From sequence record DRR723986_4811: a stretch of DNA of 47,713 nucleotides; one strand, 5' to 3'. The position numbers and the translations under genes were made by a program. The notes under the pieces were generated by a model. It was not told the DNA's origin, did no database searches, and was given only the letters and a program-made list of their open reading frames with translations. Of this stretch, positions 19,815 to 29,079 are shown in pieces (position 1 is the first letter of the stretch; each line of letters starts with the position of its first letter).

Positions 19815-20282
19815 TTGAGCGCAAAATTTTTGGTGCTGGGTGAGCTGGCCATTAACGTGAAAATCGGAAAGGTGATGCAGAAATCGCCATGGCAGCCGTT
19901 CCGCTGGCAAGTGCTCGAGATGGGTCCTGCTGATATATCTATGTCACAGGGCCCTGATGAGTTGGTGCAAACTGTGAAAGCAGAGGTGTATCAAGATCAG
20001 TTACAGGGTTATTTTTTGAATCTGGACACCGAGATTCCTTACATATTTTTTTGCGTACGCTATCCAGAGGACGACAAAACACGAATGCCCTCTGTATTTG
20101 AAGCCACTTTGAGCTATGACGAGGCTGCACGCTGGATGGATTCGAATGAGGAAGTACAAACTTTGCCGTTGCCAGCTCCTGTAGCCAGCTGGCTAGCGGA
20201 GCTGGTTCAAGCCAAATATCAGCCTGAGCCCAAGCAGCGCAGGCGTCCTCAGTCCTTTGTCAAGCCTGGGGAGCGTAGGTAA
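19815..20282 (+). CDS. DUF3305-family protein (FDH-cluster associated)
   Basis: SPWQPFRW, GYFLNL, ATLSYDEAARWMD and YQPEPKQRRRPQSF. TTG start after a GAGGTG SD; typical position before DUF3306. Confidence 0.8.
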   Translation: MSAKFLVLGELAINVKIGKVMQKSPWQPFRWQVLEMGPADISMSQGPDELVQTVKAEVYQDQLQGYFLNLDTEIPYIFFCVRYPEDDKTRMPSVFEATLSYDEAARWMDSNEEVQTLPLPAPVASWLAELVQAKYQPEPKQRRRPQSFVKPGERR

Positions 20283-20286
20283 AGCA

Positions 20287-20949
20287 ATGAGCGACAATTT
20301 TTTGAGTAGATGGTCCAAACGAAAGCTGGAAGCCAAGGAGCAGGAAAAGCAAGCTGAAACTTTGCGTGATCTGCCCGAGCAATTGACCGAACAGCCAATT
20401 GCGATGCACTTGTCCGCAACGACTGAGGTTGATGGCAGCCCAGCTGCGGAGGCTGTAAACCCCGAACTGCCTTTACCCACCGAAGCTGATTTGCAGGCTG
20501 TGGAGAAGGGGGGCGATATCAAAGCCTTCATGGTAGACAAAGTCTCGGCCGAGTTAAAAAACAAGGCTTTTAAGGCGTTGTTCTCACGCCCTGAGTTCAA
20601 TGTCATGGATGGGCTGGATATCTACATTGATGATTACAACAAGTTCACGCCATTGAGTCAGGAAGACATTGCCAAGATGGCTCTTTCTAAGCAGCTGCTG
20701 AGTCGACCGGATCTCGAGGTACCAAAGATAGATGACATCAGGGAAGGCTTTAGTGTGTTGACAGATACGGTAACTGAGGTAGTTGAAAACCCATCTCCTG
20801 TATTAGACAAAGCTGACGGTGAAATGCTCTCCAATGAGATATCTTCAGAAACACCAGTGGATCCAAGGGTAATCCCTAATGGGTCGCAAGTTGTTGATTC
20901 TAAAGAACTACCGGCAGAGCGCTCGTTCGAAAGTTCTTCAAAAAAATGA
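20287..20949 (+). CDS. DUF3306-family protein
   Basis: FLSRWSKRK at the N-terminus and FNVMDGLDIYIDDYN; acidic low-complexity tail. Confidence 0.88.
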   Translation: MSDNFLSRWSKRKLEAKEQEKQAETLRDLPEQLTEQPIAMHLSATTEVDGSPAAEAVNPELPLPTEADLQAVEKGGDIKAFMVDKVSAELKNKAFKALFSRPEFNVMDGLDIYIDDYNKFTPLSQEDIAKMALSKQLLSRPDLEVPKIDDIREGFSVLTDTVTEVVENPSPVLDKADGEMLSNEISSETPVDPRVIPNGSQVVDSKELPAERSFESSSKK

Positions 20950-20958
20950 TCTTCATTT

Positions 20959-21008
20959 GGTACATTTTGACGTATCGCTTGTCCAAGTCGATACAGACAA
21001 AATGCACC
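20959..21008. promoter_or_regulatory. Imperfect inverted repeat; candidate enhancer (bEBP) site
   Basis: Left arm GGTACATTTTGACGTATCGCTTG versus the reverse complement of the right arm GGTGCATTTTGTCTGTATCGACTTG; about 75-125 bp upstream of the sigma-54 element. Confidence 0.5.
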
Positions 21009-21080
21009 ACCTGTCCTCTTTGTATACAAGAAGGTATTTCTAGCCCAATGATTTTAAATAAGAAAAATTACAAGGGTAAT

Positions 21081-21097
21081 CTGGCACAAGTTTTGCA
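21081..21097 (+). promoter_or_regulatory. Sigma-54 (-24/-12) promoter of the FDH operon
   Basis: CTGGCACAAGTTTTGCA matches TGGCAC-N5-TTGCA with exact GG-N10-GC spacing, 35 bp before the ATG at 21132, in an AT-rich spacer. Confidence 0.85.
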
Positions 21098-21131
21098 ATT
21101 AATTGCTAAATAAACAAAATAAAAGTATCAG

Positions 21132-23249
21132 ATGACCAACTCGGATGTGTTTGTGTGTGGTTGCCAGGGAAGCGGCGAGACGATCGACAAAGCGTTGAAG
21201 AACGTGAGCGTTGACGGCGTGCGCTTTTTGTCTGCTCAGCGCGCCTGTCGCGACGGGATTACCACCGTGCTGGATACCCAAAACCACACCGCTGGGGCTC
21301 GTTGCTTTGTGGGTTGTACCCAAGAGCAGGCGGTATTTGAATCTGTCGCTGAATCGTCCTCAAGCACGAAAATCATTGAATTCGTTAATTTACGCGGCTT
21401 GCTGCGTGGGCAACCGGCTGCCCAAAATCAGCCAGAGGTTGCGGCGACGGTCGCTGCATTGGCGGCGTATGAAACCGAATTTCAAGTCGAACCAGTTCCA
21501 GCTGTCTTGTTCAAGTCCCAAGGACGGGTGGCCATGGTGGCTCAAAGTGACAAGCAGCTTCATCATGCTCAAACTTTGGCTAACAACCTCACGGTCGACC
21601 TTCTGATTGCAGATGCAGCAGGCATGGTGTTGCCTGCAAAGCGTGATTTAAACGTTCTGGCATTGTCTGTGGAATCGATTGAAGGTTATTTGGGTGCCTT
21701 TACTCTGAGTACCCGCAAGACCAATCCAGTGGACATGGAGTTGTGCACGCGATGTGGTGCATGCGTTGATGTTTGTCCCACCAAATCGATTTCCAGAGAT
21801 TCCTTCTCGATCGATTTGAGCAGCTGCGACCAAAGTGGTGCCTGTATTAAGGCCTGTGGTGAGTTCAAGGCAATTTCATTTTCTGACATGACGGCGACTA
21901 CGGCGCGTGAATATGACATGGTGATTGACTGCACTATGCCAGGTCTTTTCGCCGACCGTCAGGCACCCCTTGGTTACTGGCATGTGGGTGATAGCGATCA
22001 GCTTTTGCTGGAAGCAATGCTTGATGCGGTTCAAACCGTGGGTGAATTTGAAAAACCCAAGTTTTTTGAGTACAAATCGAGCATTTGCGCACACAGCCGC
22101 TCTAACAAAGAGGGTTGTCATAATTGCATCGACGCGTGCAGTACAAAGGCAATCAAGTCTGCAGGTGAAAAAATTGAAGTAAACCCGCACCTTTGTCTGG
22201 GTTGCGGTGCATGTACTACTGTATGCCCAACTGGCGCGATCCAGTTTGCTTTAAATCCGGTAACGGCGCAGGGTCGGGCCATTAAAACAGCAATCAAAGC
22301 GTTTCGTGCCAACCACGGAAAAAAACTGGAACTGGTGTTTCACGGTCCAGACCTTGAGCACAATTGGCTTGAGTCCGCCAAGAAAATGGGTGTCGTCAAC
22401 TCAAGCAAATCAGCGCCCTCTGATTTCAGTTTGTTGCCAATTGAATTGAACCACAGCGCCAGTGTCGGGCCCGATTTGTGGTTGTCTGCTCTGGCCTTTG
22501 GTGCGGACAGAATCACGGTGTTGCAATCGGCCACTGAAGCAGGGCACTACGGCGAACCTCTAGATGCGCAAATGGGCTGGGTCAATACCTTGCTCGAGGC
22601 CATTGGCTTGGGTCGTCGTGTTCGCTTGCTGACAATAGAACAAACTGCCAAGTTATTCGAGCTTACGGACCTTGGTGCCTCTGCTGTAGAGCCAGCCAGC
22701 TTCGAACTGTCTTCCAACAAACGCACCCGCATGGAATTCGCGGTGGATCATCTGGTTGAACACGCGCAAAAAAATGCTGGCTTTAGCTTCTCCGAGCCAA
22801 TTACTTTGCCTGCGGCTGCCCCTTTTGGAGCGGTGTTGGTGAATAAGGACAAATGCACTTTGTGCATGAGTTGCACCAGTGCGTGTCCTTCGTCTGCTTT
22901 GATTGACAACCCAGAGATGCCGCAGCTGCGCTTCATTGAGCGCAACTGCGTGCAATGTGGTTTGTGCGTTGAAACATGCCCTGAAAATGCCATGCAGTTG
23001 ATGCCTCAATTGCTGTTGGGCCCCGCTGCACGTGAAAAACGTGTGTTGAACGAATCCCAGCCATTTCATTGCATCAGTTGTGGAAAGGCCTTCGGTACCA
23101 AGCACATGATCGACAACATGTTCGCCAAGCTCAGCCAGCACAGCATGTTCGAGCGCAATGCAAACCGATTGAAAATGTGTGCGGATTGTAGGGTAACCGA
23201 CATGTACAGCGCTAAAGACGAGATGACCATTTTTGAGGTGAAGAAATGA
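21132..23249 (+). CDS. Large multi-[4Fe-4S] protein associated with FDH (HdrA/MvhD-like architecture)
   Basis: 705 aa. Ferredoxin motifs CTRCGACVDVCP, CDQSGACIKAC, C-x9-CHNCIDAC, CLGCGACTTVCP, CTLCMSCTSACP and CVQCGLCVETCP; C-terminal CISC...CADC. Confidence 0.9.
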   Translation: MTNSDVFVCGCQGSGETIDKALKNVSVDGVRFLSAQRACRDGITTVLDTQNHTAGARCFVGCTQEQAVFESVAESSSSTKIIEFVNLRGLLRGQPAAQNQPEVAATVAALAAYETEFQVEPVPAVLFKSQGRVAMVAQSDKQLHHAQTLANNLTVDLLIADAAGMVLPAKRDLNVLALSVESIEGYLGAFTLSTRKTNPVDMELCTRCGACVDVCPTKSISRDSFSIDLSSCDQSGACIKACGEFKAISFSDMTATTAREYDMVIDCTMPGLFADRQAPLGYWHVGDSDQLLLEAMLDAVQTVGEFEKPKFFEYKSSICAHSRSNKEGCHNCIDACSTKAIKSAGEKIEVNPHLCLGCGACTTVCPTGAIQFALNPVTAQGRAIKTAIKAFRANHGKKLELVFHGPDLEHNWLESAKKMGVVNSSKSAPSDFSLLPIELNHSASVGPDLWLSALAFGADRITVLQSATEAGHYGEPLDAQMGWVNTLLEAIGLGRRVRLLTIEQTAKLFELTDLGASAVEPASFELSSNKRTRMEFAVDHLVEHAQKNAGFSFSEPITLPAAAPFGAVLVNKDKCTLCMSCTSACPSSALIDNPEMPQLRFIERNCVQCGLCVETCPENAMQLMPQLLLGPAAREKRVLNESQPFHCISCGKAFGTKHMIDNMFAKLSQHSMFERNANRLKMCADCRVTDMYSAKDEMTIFEVKK

Positions 23250-23872
23250 ACACCCAGACTCAACAGGACGACAACTTGATCGCCGGTGAGGACTGGGCTC
23301 GTGCCGACTTTTACGGCTTGTTGTCCCAGTTGTTTTCCGGAAACGTGAGCGATGAGTTTTTGGCTCGTTTTCGAGAAATCGACCGCGAATCGCTCGATAT
23401 TACTACCCCTCTGGGTTTTGAGTTTTCGGAGTTGCTCCGCGTGGTTGGGCAATTTGACAGCAAGAGAATCAATCAGGAGTTTGTCGACAACTTTATTGGT
23501 GTCGGACGCCCAGAAGTCATGTTGTACGGCTCGTATTACATGGCAGGTTTTTTAAACGAGAAACCCTTGATTGTTTTGCGCGACGATTTGGCCAGGTTTG
23601 GGCTAACACGGGACGAAGCATTGGTGGAGACAGAGGATCACATTGCCTTTCTTTGTGAGGTCATGCGCTACTTGATTTTGGCGGACGACCCGCCCGTGTC
23701 GTTCGCTGAGCAGCGTGCCTTTTTTCAGACCCACATGGCGAGTTGGTATGGTCGAATGGCCGACGACATAGAGGCCGCAAATAATACCGATTTTTACAAA
23801 ACTGTGGGTCGTTTGGCCCGCGTGTTCTTTGATGTTGAAACACAGTCTTTCGATTTTGAAAGTGCCGTTTGA
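23246..23872 (+). CDS. TorD/DmsD-family redox enzyme maturation chaperone
   Basis: ARADFYGLL, YGSYYMAGFL and ETEDHIAFLCEVM (E-x-x-DH motif); ATGA overlap with the upstream gene. Confidence 0.92.
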   Translation: MNTQTQQDDNLIAGEDWARADFYGLLSQLFSGNVSDEFLARFREIDRESLDITTPLGFEFSELLRVVGQFDSKRINQEFVDNFIGVGRPEVMLYGSYYMAGFLNEKPLIVLRDDLARFGLTRDEALVETEDHIAFLCEVMRYLILADDPPVSFAEQRAFFQTHMASWYGRMADDIEAANNTDFYKTVGRLARVFFDVETQSFDFESAV

Positions 23873-23886
23873 TTGGAGGTGATGAG

Positions 23887-24105
23887 ATGACCAAGAAAAT
23901 GATAAATCAAGACAAACCCAAACTAGCAAGACGCCAGTTTCTGGTGGGTGCTGGCGCGGGTGTCGCTGCCGCTGGTGCTGCATTGGTAGTCAGCAAACAA
24001 CCTGAAGTGGCTGAACAGGCCGCTGCCGCAGGCACTGAGAAAAAATCGAAGGGTTATCAGCTCTCTGAGCATGTGAAAACCTATTACAGAACCTTGCTGG
24101 TGTAA
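23887..24105 (+). CDS. Small twin-arginine protein of FDH regions (FdhX-like)
   Basis: ARRQFLVGAG TAT motif and C-terminal KGYQLSEHVKTYYRT; GGAGGT SD before the ATG at 23887. Confidence 0.85.
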   Translation: MTKKMINQDKPKLARRQFLVGAGAGVAAAGAALVVSKQPEVAEQAAAAGTEKKSKGYQLSEHVKTYYRTLLV

Positions 24106-24120
24106 TTCAAGGAGACCAGG

Positions 24121-27060
24121 ATGTTAAAGAGAAGAGATGACAAAACAGTGGCCAAGGTGATTCCCAATCACAACCACAGCTTGCTCAGCAAAATTGGGTC
24201 ACGCTTGGGCGCCACCATGGATCGCCGAGCGTTCCTGAAGCGCTCCGGTATCGGTGTGGGTGCAGGTGCAATAGCGGGCAGTTTGCCATTTGGCATGGTG
24301 CGCAAAGCGGAAGCTGCCGCTGAGGGCGGCACTGCTGGAGGCCCTATCGAGATCAAGCGAACCATTTGTACGCACTGCTCCGTGGGTTGCGCCACCGATG
24401 CGGTTGTTCAAAACGGTGTGTGGGTTCGGCAGAACCCTGTATTCGAAAGCCCGATCAACTTGGGCGCACACTGCGCCAAGGGCGCAGCGCTGCGGGAACA
24501 CGGTCATGGTGAATATCGCCTGAAGTACCCCATGAAGTTGGTGGATGGCAAGTACCAGAAAATTAGTTGGGACGAGGCCCTGGACGGTATCACCAAGAAA
24601 ATGTTGGCACTGCGTGAAGAAAACGGTCCAGATTCCTTGTTCTTTATTGGTTCATCCAAGCACAACAACGAGCAGTCTTATTTGCTGCGCAAATGGGTGT
24701 CCATGTGGGGCACCAACAACACCGATCACCAAGCTCGCATTTGCCACTCCACCACAGTGGCTGGCGTCGCAAACACTTGGGGTTACGGCGCAATGACCAA
24801 CTCCTACAACGACATGCAAAACACGAAGTGTGCGTTGTACATCGGTTCAAACGCTGCTGAAGCTCACCCTGTGTCTGTATTGCATATGCTGCATGCCAAG
24901 GAAACTGGCGCAAAAATGATCGTGGTTGATCCGCGTTTCACTCGAACCGCTGCGCGCGCTGACGAATATGTTCGCATTCGTTCCGGTTCAGACATTCCTT
25001 TCCTGTTTGGTTTGTTGCACCACATCTTCAAGAATGGTTGGGAAGACAAAAAGTACATCAATGACCGCGTGTATGGCATGGACCAGATCAAGGCCGATGT
25101 AATGGCCAACTGGACTCCTGACAAGGTTGAAGAAGCCTGCGGTGTTGGCGAAGCGCAAATGTACAAAGTGGCTGAGATGATGGCCAAAAATCGTCCAAGC
25201 ACGTTGGTGTGGTGTATGGGGCAAACTCAGCACTCTATCGGTAATGCCATGGTTCGCGCCTCTTGTATCGTGCAATTGGCATTGGGCAACATTGGTGTAT
25301 CTGGCGGCGGTGCAAATATTTTCCGCGGACACGACAACGTTCAGGGTGCTACCGACGTAGGTCCAAACCCAGACTCATTGCCTGGTTACTACGGTGTTGC
25401 GGAAGGTTCGTGGAAACACTGGTGCCGTGTTTGGGGAGTGGATTACGAATGGATCAAGAGCCGTTACGCCGAGGGTATGTCAACTAAAGCGGGTATGACG
25501 GTGTCTCGCTGGGTTGATGGTGTACTTGAAAATCCAGAGCTGATTGATCAAAAGGCCGGTAACCTGCGTGGTTTGTTCTTCTGGGGCCACGCACCAAACT
25601 CACAAACCCGTGGTTTGGACATGAAGAAAGCCATGGACAAGCTTGACTTGCTCGTGGTGATCGATCCTTATCCGTCAGCAACTGCCTCCATGGCGGCCAT
25701 GCCAGGTGATCCGGCTGGTTTGAATCCAAACCGCGAGGTATACCTGCTGCCTGCTGCAACACAGTTCGAGTGTTCTGGTTCCTGTACGGCTTCCAACCGT
25801 TCGCTGCAGTGGCGTGAAAAGGTGATCGAACCCATGTTCGATAGCCGCACAGACCACATGATCATGTATCAGTTGGCCGAAAAGCTGGGCTTTGCGGATG
25901 AGTTCAGCCGTTCACACACTCTGGTGAAAGGCAAGGGTGGCATGATGGAACCCGAAATGGAATCCGTCTTGAAAGAAATCAACAAAGGCACATGGACTAT
26001 CGGTTACACCGGACAAAGCCCAGAGCGCTTGAAGTTGCACATGAAAAACATGCACACTTTCAACGTGCGTACATTAAAGGCGGAAGGCGGTCCTTGTGAC
26101 GGGGACTACTTCGGTTTGCCATGGCCATGTTACGGTACAGCCGATATCAAGCACCCAGGATCGCCCAATCTGTACTCGACCGAGAAATCAGTGATGGACG
26201 GTGGAGGTAACTTCCGCGCCAACTTTGGTGTTGAGAAAGACGGTGTCAATTTGTTGGCTGAAGCTGGCTCACACCCAGTAGGTGCCGAGATTACTACTGG
26301 TCACCCTGAATTCACCGCAGACATGCTCAAACAGTTGGGCTGGTGGGATGACCTGACCGAAGCCGAGAAGGCCGAAGCCGAAGGCAAGAACTGGAAAACC
26401 GATCTTTCTGGCGGTATCCAGCGCGTAGCCATGAAGCACGGTTGCCACCCATTCGGTAACGCCAAGGCGCGCGCCGTGGTGTGGAACTTCCCTGATCCAG
26501 TGCCAAAGCACCGTGAACCAATTTACTCAACCAAGCCAGATTTGGTGGCCAAGTACCCAACTCACGATGACAAGGCCAGTTTCTGGCGCTTGCCAACGTT
26601 GTACAAGTCAATTCAAGAGAAGAACGCCGACATCGGAAAGTCCTTCCCGTTGATCATGACTTCAGGTCGACTGGTGGAATACGAAGGTGGTGGTGAGGAG
26701 ACTCGTTCCAACCCATGGCTGGCTGAACTTCAGCAAAACATGTTTGTTGAAATCAACCCCAAGGCAGCGAACGATCGTGGCATCAAGCATGGTGATCAGG
26801 TCCGTGTGATGACCCCGACTGGCGCGAAGATTCAGGTGCAAGCCTTAGTCACACGTCGTGTGGGCGAAGACACGGTGTTCTTGCCATTCCACTTCTCTGG
26901 ACACTGGGAAGGAAAAGACCTTCTGCAGTACTACCCAGAAGGTGCGGCGCCTGTGGTTCGTGGTGAAGCAGTGAACACTGCAACCACATACGGCTACGAC
27001 AGCGTAACCATGATGCAGGAAACGAAGACCACTGTTTGCCAGATTGAAAAGCTGGTTTAA
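24121..27060 (+). CDS. fdhA: Periplasmic formate dehydrogenase alpha subunit (bis-MGD, Cys-ligated)
   Basis: TAT motif DRRAFLK, CTHCSVGC...HCAKG [4Fe-4S], active site QARICHSTT (Cys, not Sec), FRGHDNVQG and TSGRLVEYEGGG. Confidence 0.96.
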   Translation: MLKRRDDKTVAKVIPNHNHSLLSKIGSRLGATMDRRAFLKRSGIGVGAGAIAGSLPFGMVRKAEAAAEGGTAGGPIEIKRTICTHCSVGCATDAVVQNGVWVRQNPVFESPINLGAHCAKGAALREHGHGEYRLKYPMKLVDGKYQKISWDEALDGITKKMLALREENGPDSLFFIGSSKHNNEQSYLLRKWVSMWGTNNTDHQARICHSTTVAGVANTWGYGAMTNSYNDMQNTKCALYIGSNAAEAHPVSVLHMLHAKETGAKMIVVDPRFTRTAARADEYVRIRSGSDIPFLFGLLHHIFKNGWEDKKYINDRVYGMDQIKADVMANWTPDKVEEACGVGEAQMYKVAEMMAKNRPSTLVWCMGQTQHSIGNAMVRASCIVQLALGNIGVSGGGANIFRGHDNVQGATDVGPNPDSLPGYYGVAEGSWKHWCRVWGVDYEWIKSRYAEGMSTKAGMTVSRWVDGVLENPELIDQKAGNLRGLFFWGHAPNSQTRGLDMKKAMDKLDLLVVIDPYPSATASMAAMPGDPAGLNPNREVYLLPAATQFECSGSCTASNRSLQWREKVIEPMFDSRTDHMIMYQLAEKLGFADEFSRSHTLVKGKGGMMEPEMESVLKEINKGTWTIGYTGQSPERLKLHMKNMHTFNVRTLKAEGGPCDGDYFGLPWPCYGTADIKHPGSPNLYSTEKSVMDGGGNFRANFGVEKDGVNLLAEAGSHPVGAEITTGHPEFTADMLKQLGWWDDLTEAEKAEAEGKNWKTDLSGGIQRVAMKHGCHPFGNAKARAVVWNFPDPVPKHREPIYSTKPDLVAKYPTHDDKASFWRLPTLYKSIQEKNADIGKSFPLIMTSGRLVEYEGGGEETRSNPWLAELQQNMFVEINPKAANDRGIKHGDQVRVMTPTGAKIQVQALVTRRVGEDTVFLPFHFSGHWEGKDLLQYYPEGAAPVVRGEAVNTATTYGYDSVTMMQETKTTVCQIEKLV

Positions 27061-27085
27061 GCACTAATGCAAAGGAGATAAGAAA

Positions 27086-27688
27086 ATGGCACGTATGAAG
27101 TTTCTGTGTGATGCCGAGCGTTGCATTGAGTGCAATGGCTGCGTCACCGCATGTAAAAACGAGCACGAGGTAGAGTGGGGCATTAACCGCCGCCGCGTGG
27201 TAACCATCAACGACGGCGAACCGGGCGAGCGCTCAATCTCCGTGGCCTGTATGCACTGTTCAGACGCGCCTTGCCAGGCCGTTTGCCCCGTGAACTGCTT
27301 CTACAAGACCGACGAAGGTGTTGTATTGCACGACAAGGATCTGTGTATCGGCTGCGGATACTGTTTCTACGCATGTCCTTTCGGTGCGCCACAATTCCCT
27401 CAGGAAGGTGCGTTCGGTCAACGCGGCAAAATGGACAAGTGCACATTCTGTGCGGGTGGTCCGGAAGAAGACGCATCTCAGGCCGAGTTCGAGAAATATG
27501 GCCGTAACCGTTTGGCTGAAGGCAAATTGCCGCTGTGCGCCGAAATGTGTTCAACCAAGGCATTGTTGGCAGGTGACGGCGACGTGGTTTCCGACATCTT
27601 CCGCAATCGCGTAGTTGTTCGCGGCAAGGGTGCAGAGGTATGGGGCTGGAGTTCAGCTTATGGTCAACCAGCCAAGGAGGGCGCGTAA
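27086..27688 (+). CDS. fdh3B: Formate dehydrogenase beta (4x[4Fe-4S]) subunit, FDH3-type
   Basis: CIECNGCVTAC, CMHCSDAPCQAVCP, CIGCGYCFYACP and KCTFC...CAEMC. Confidence 0.93.
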   Translation: MARMKFLCDAERCIECNGCVTACKNEHEVEWGINRRRVVTINDGEPGERSISVACMHCSDAPCQAVCPVNCFYKTDEGVVLHDKDLCIGCGYCFYACPFGAPQFPQEGAFGQRGKMDKCTFCAGGPEEDASQAEFEKYGRNRLAEGKLPLCAEMCSTKALLAGDGDVVSDIFRNRVVVRGKGAEVWGWSSAYGQPAKEGA

Positions 27689-27689
27689 T

Positions 27690-27953
27690 ATGGCGCTTCG
27701 CGGCAAGTTGATTCTTTCCGGGGCCTTCGCGGGCCTTATCTTGGTCACTGGCTGTTCACCCTTGGAAGACGCCAACAACGGCAAGGGGTATGCAGGCAAG
27801 GCTGATACACCAGCATTTGAAACAGGCGGCGGTCAGTATACTGCCGGCGGTTTCAAGGCAGGCGACAAGGAAAGCTGGCAAGAAACCCTGAACGTCCGAG
27901 CCAAAGCCCAGAACGAGTATGTTCGTACTGGCGACTCGGCAAAGGCCCAATAA
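27690..27953 (+). CDS. Small lipoprotein of unknown function inside the FDH operon
   Basis: 87 aa from the ATG at 27690 (GGAGG upstream). Signal MALRGKLILSGAFAGLILVTG-C with lipobox-like VTGC; C-terminal GDKESWQETLNVRAKAQNEY. Confidence 0.75.
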   Translation: MALRGKLILSGAFAGLILVTGCSPLEDANNGKGYAGKADTPAFETGGGQYTAGGFKAGDKESWQETLNVRAKAQNEYVRTGDSAKAQ

Positions 27954-27965
27954 GGAGAGTCAATC

Positions 27966-29042
27966 ATGACACATTCAACCATTCGGGCCGCTGCAAATCC
28001 GGGTCTGGACAAGGCCTTCGTGGCTTTGTTCATGGCCATGGTATTTGCCGTGTGCTCACTTTGGTCAATGGGGGCCATGGCGCAAGATGCTTCTGAACGC
28101 TCACAAGCGCAGGTTCAAAAGCAACAAACGCAGCCCCTCAACAACTCGCCAGTGTGGGAAGACGTTGCGTCTGGTGAATCGTTCACTACCGTGATCAAAG
28201 GTCGTGAAACTGGTGTGTTGATCAATAAAAGCGGTGAAACATGGCGTCAAATCCGCAATGACTGGATTTCTTACTACGGCGGCTGGGCTGTTGCGGTAAT
28301 TTTCCTGTTGATTGTGGGTGCTCACTTGGTGAAAGGCCCTGTCAAGTTGCCAGAGCCACGCACTGGCAGGTTGATCGAGCGTTTTACATCGGCTGAGCGT
28401 GTGGCCCACTGGACCATGGCATTCAGCTTCGTGGCACTCGCCTTGACCGGCTTGCTGTTGATGTTTGGCAAGTATGTGTTGGCGCCTTGGATGGGGCTTA
28501 CGCTTAACTCTTGGCTGGCTTCCATCAGCATTGTGATTCACAACTTCGTGGGTCCATTGTTCGCAGTCAGCGTGATTGTGTTCTTCATCATGTATGTGAA
28601 GGACAACATGCCTGAGAAGAATGACATTGAGTGGCTGAAGAAGGGTGGCGGTTTGTTCGGCCACGCGCCTGCAGGTCGCTTCAACATGGGTGAAAAGATC
28701 TGGTTCTGGGGCGGTGTGACGGTACTTGGTATCGTCGTGTCCACCACGGGGCTGATCCTGAACTTCCCCAACTTCGACCAGGAACGCCTGCTGATGCAAC
28801 AATCACACGTGATTCATGCCAGTGCCGCACTGTTGTTCATCATCATGTCCATGGGCCACATTTACATTGGCTCTATTGGCATGGAAGGTGCTCTGGAAGC
28901 GATGCGTGATGGCTATGTGGATGAAACATGGGCAAAGGCTCACCACGATGCTTGGTACGATGACATCAAGTCCGGCAAGATTTCGCCGGTACGTTCCAAG
29001 GAAGGTGCAACCGCCATGGGTTCTCAAGTTATGGCGCAATAA
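27966..29042 (+). CDS. fdhC: Formate dehydrogenase gamma subunit (di-heme cytochrome b) with N-terminal extension
   Basis: IERFTSAERVAHW, IHNFVGP, GRFNMGEK, VIHA...GHIYIG and GYVDETWAKAHH. Confidence 0.93.
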   Translation: MTHSTIRAAANPGLDKAFVALFMAMVFAVCSLWSMGAMAQDASERSQAQVQKQQTQPLNNSPVWEDVASGESFTTVIKGRETGVLINKSGETWRQIRNDWISYYGGWAVAVIFLLIVGAHLVKGPVKLPEPRTGRLIERFTSAERVAHWTMAFSFVALALTGLLLMFGKYVLAPWMGLTLNSWLASISIVIHNFVGPLFAVSVIVFFIMYVKDNMPEKNDIEWLKKGGGLFGHAPAGRFNMGEKIWFWGGVTVLGIVVSTTGLILNFPNFDQERLLMQQSHVIHASAALLFIIMSMGHIYIGSIGMEGALEAMRDGYVDETWAKAHHDAWYDDIKSGKISPVRSKEGATAMGSQVMAQ

Positions 29043-29079
29043 AAGTTACTCTCATCTTGAGATGCCTTTAGAGCAACAC

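Noticed and set aside
19695-19815. Moco riboswitch or ModE box upstream of moaA
   Set aside because: I could not find the Moco RNA landmarks or a TATAT-N7-TATAT ModE pattern by eye; an Rfam scan would be decisive.
24730-24760. Possible selenocysteine in FdhA
   Set aside because: The active-site codon is TGC (QARIC-HS), and the 979-aa frame has no internal TGA.
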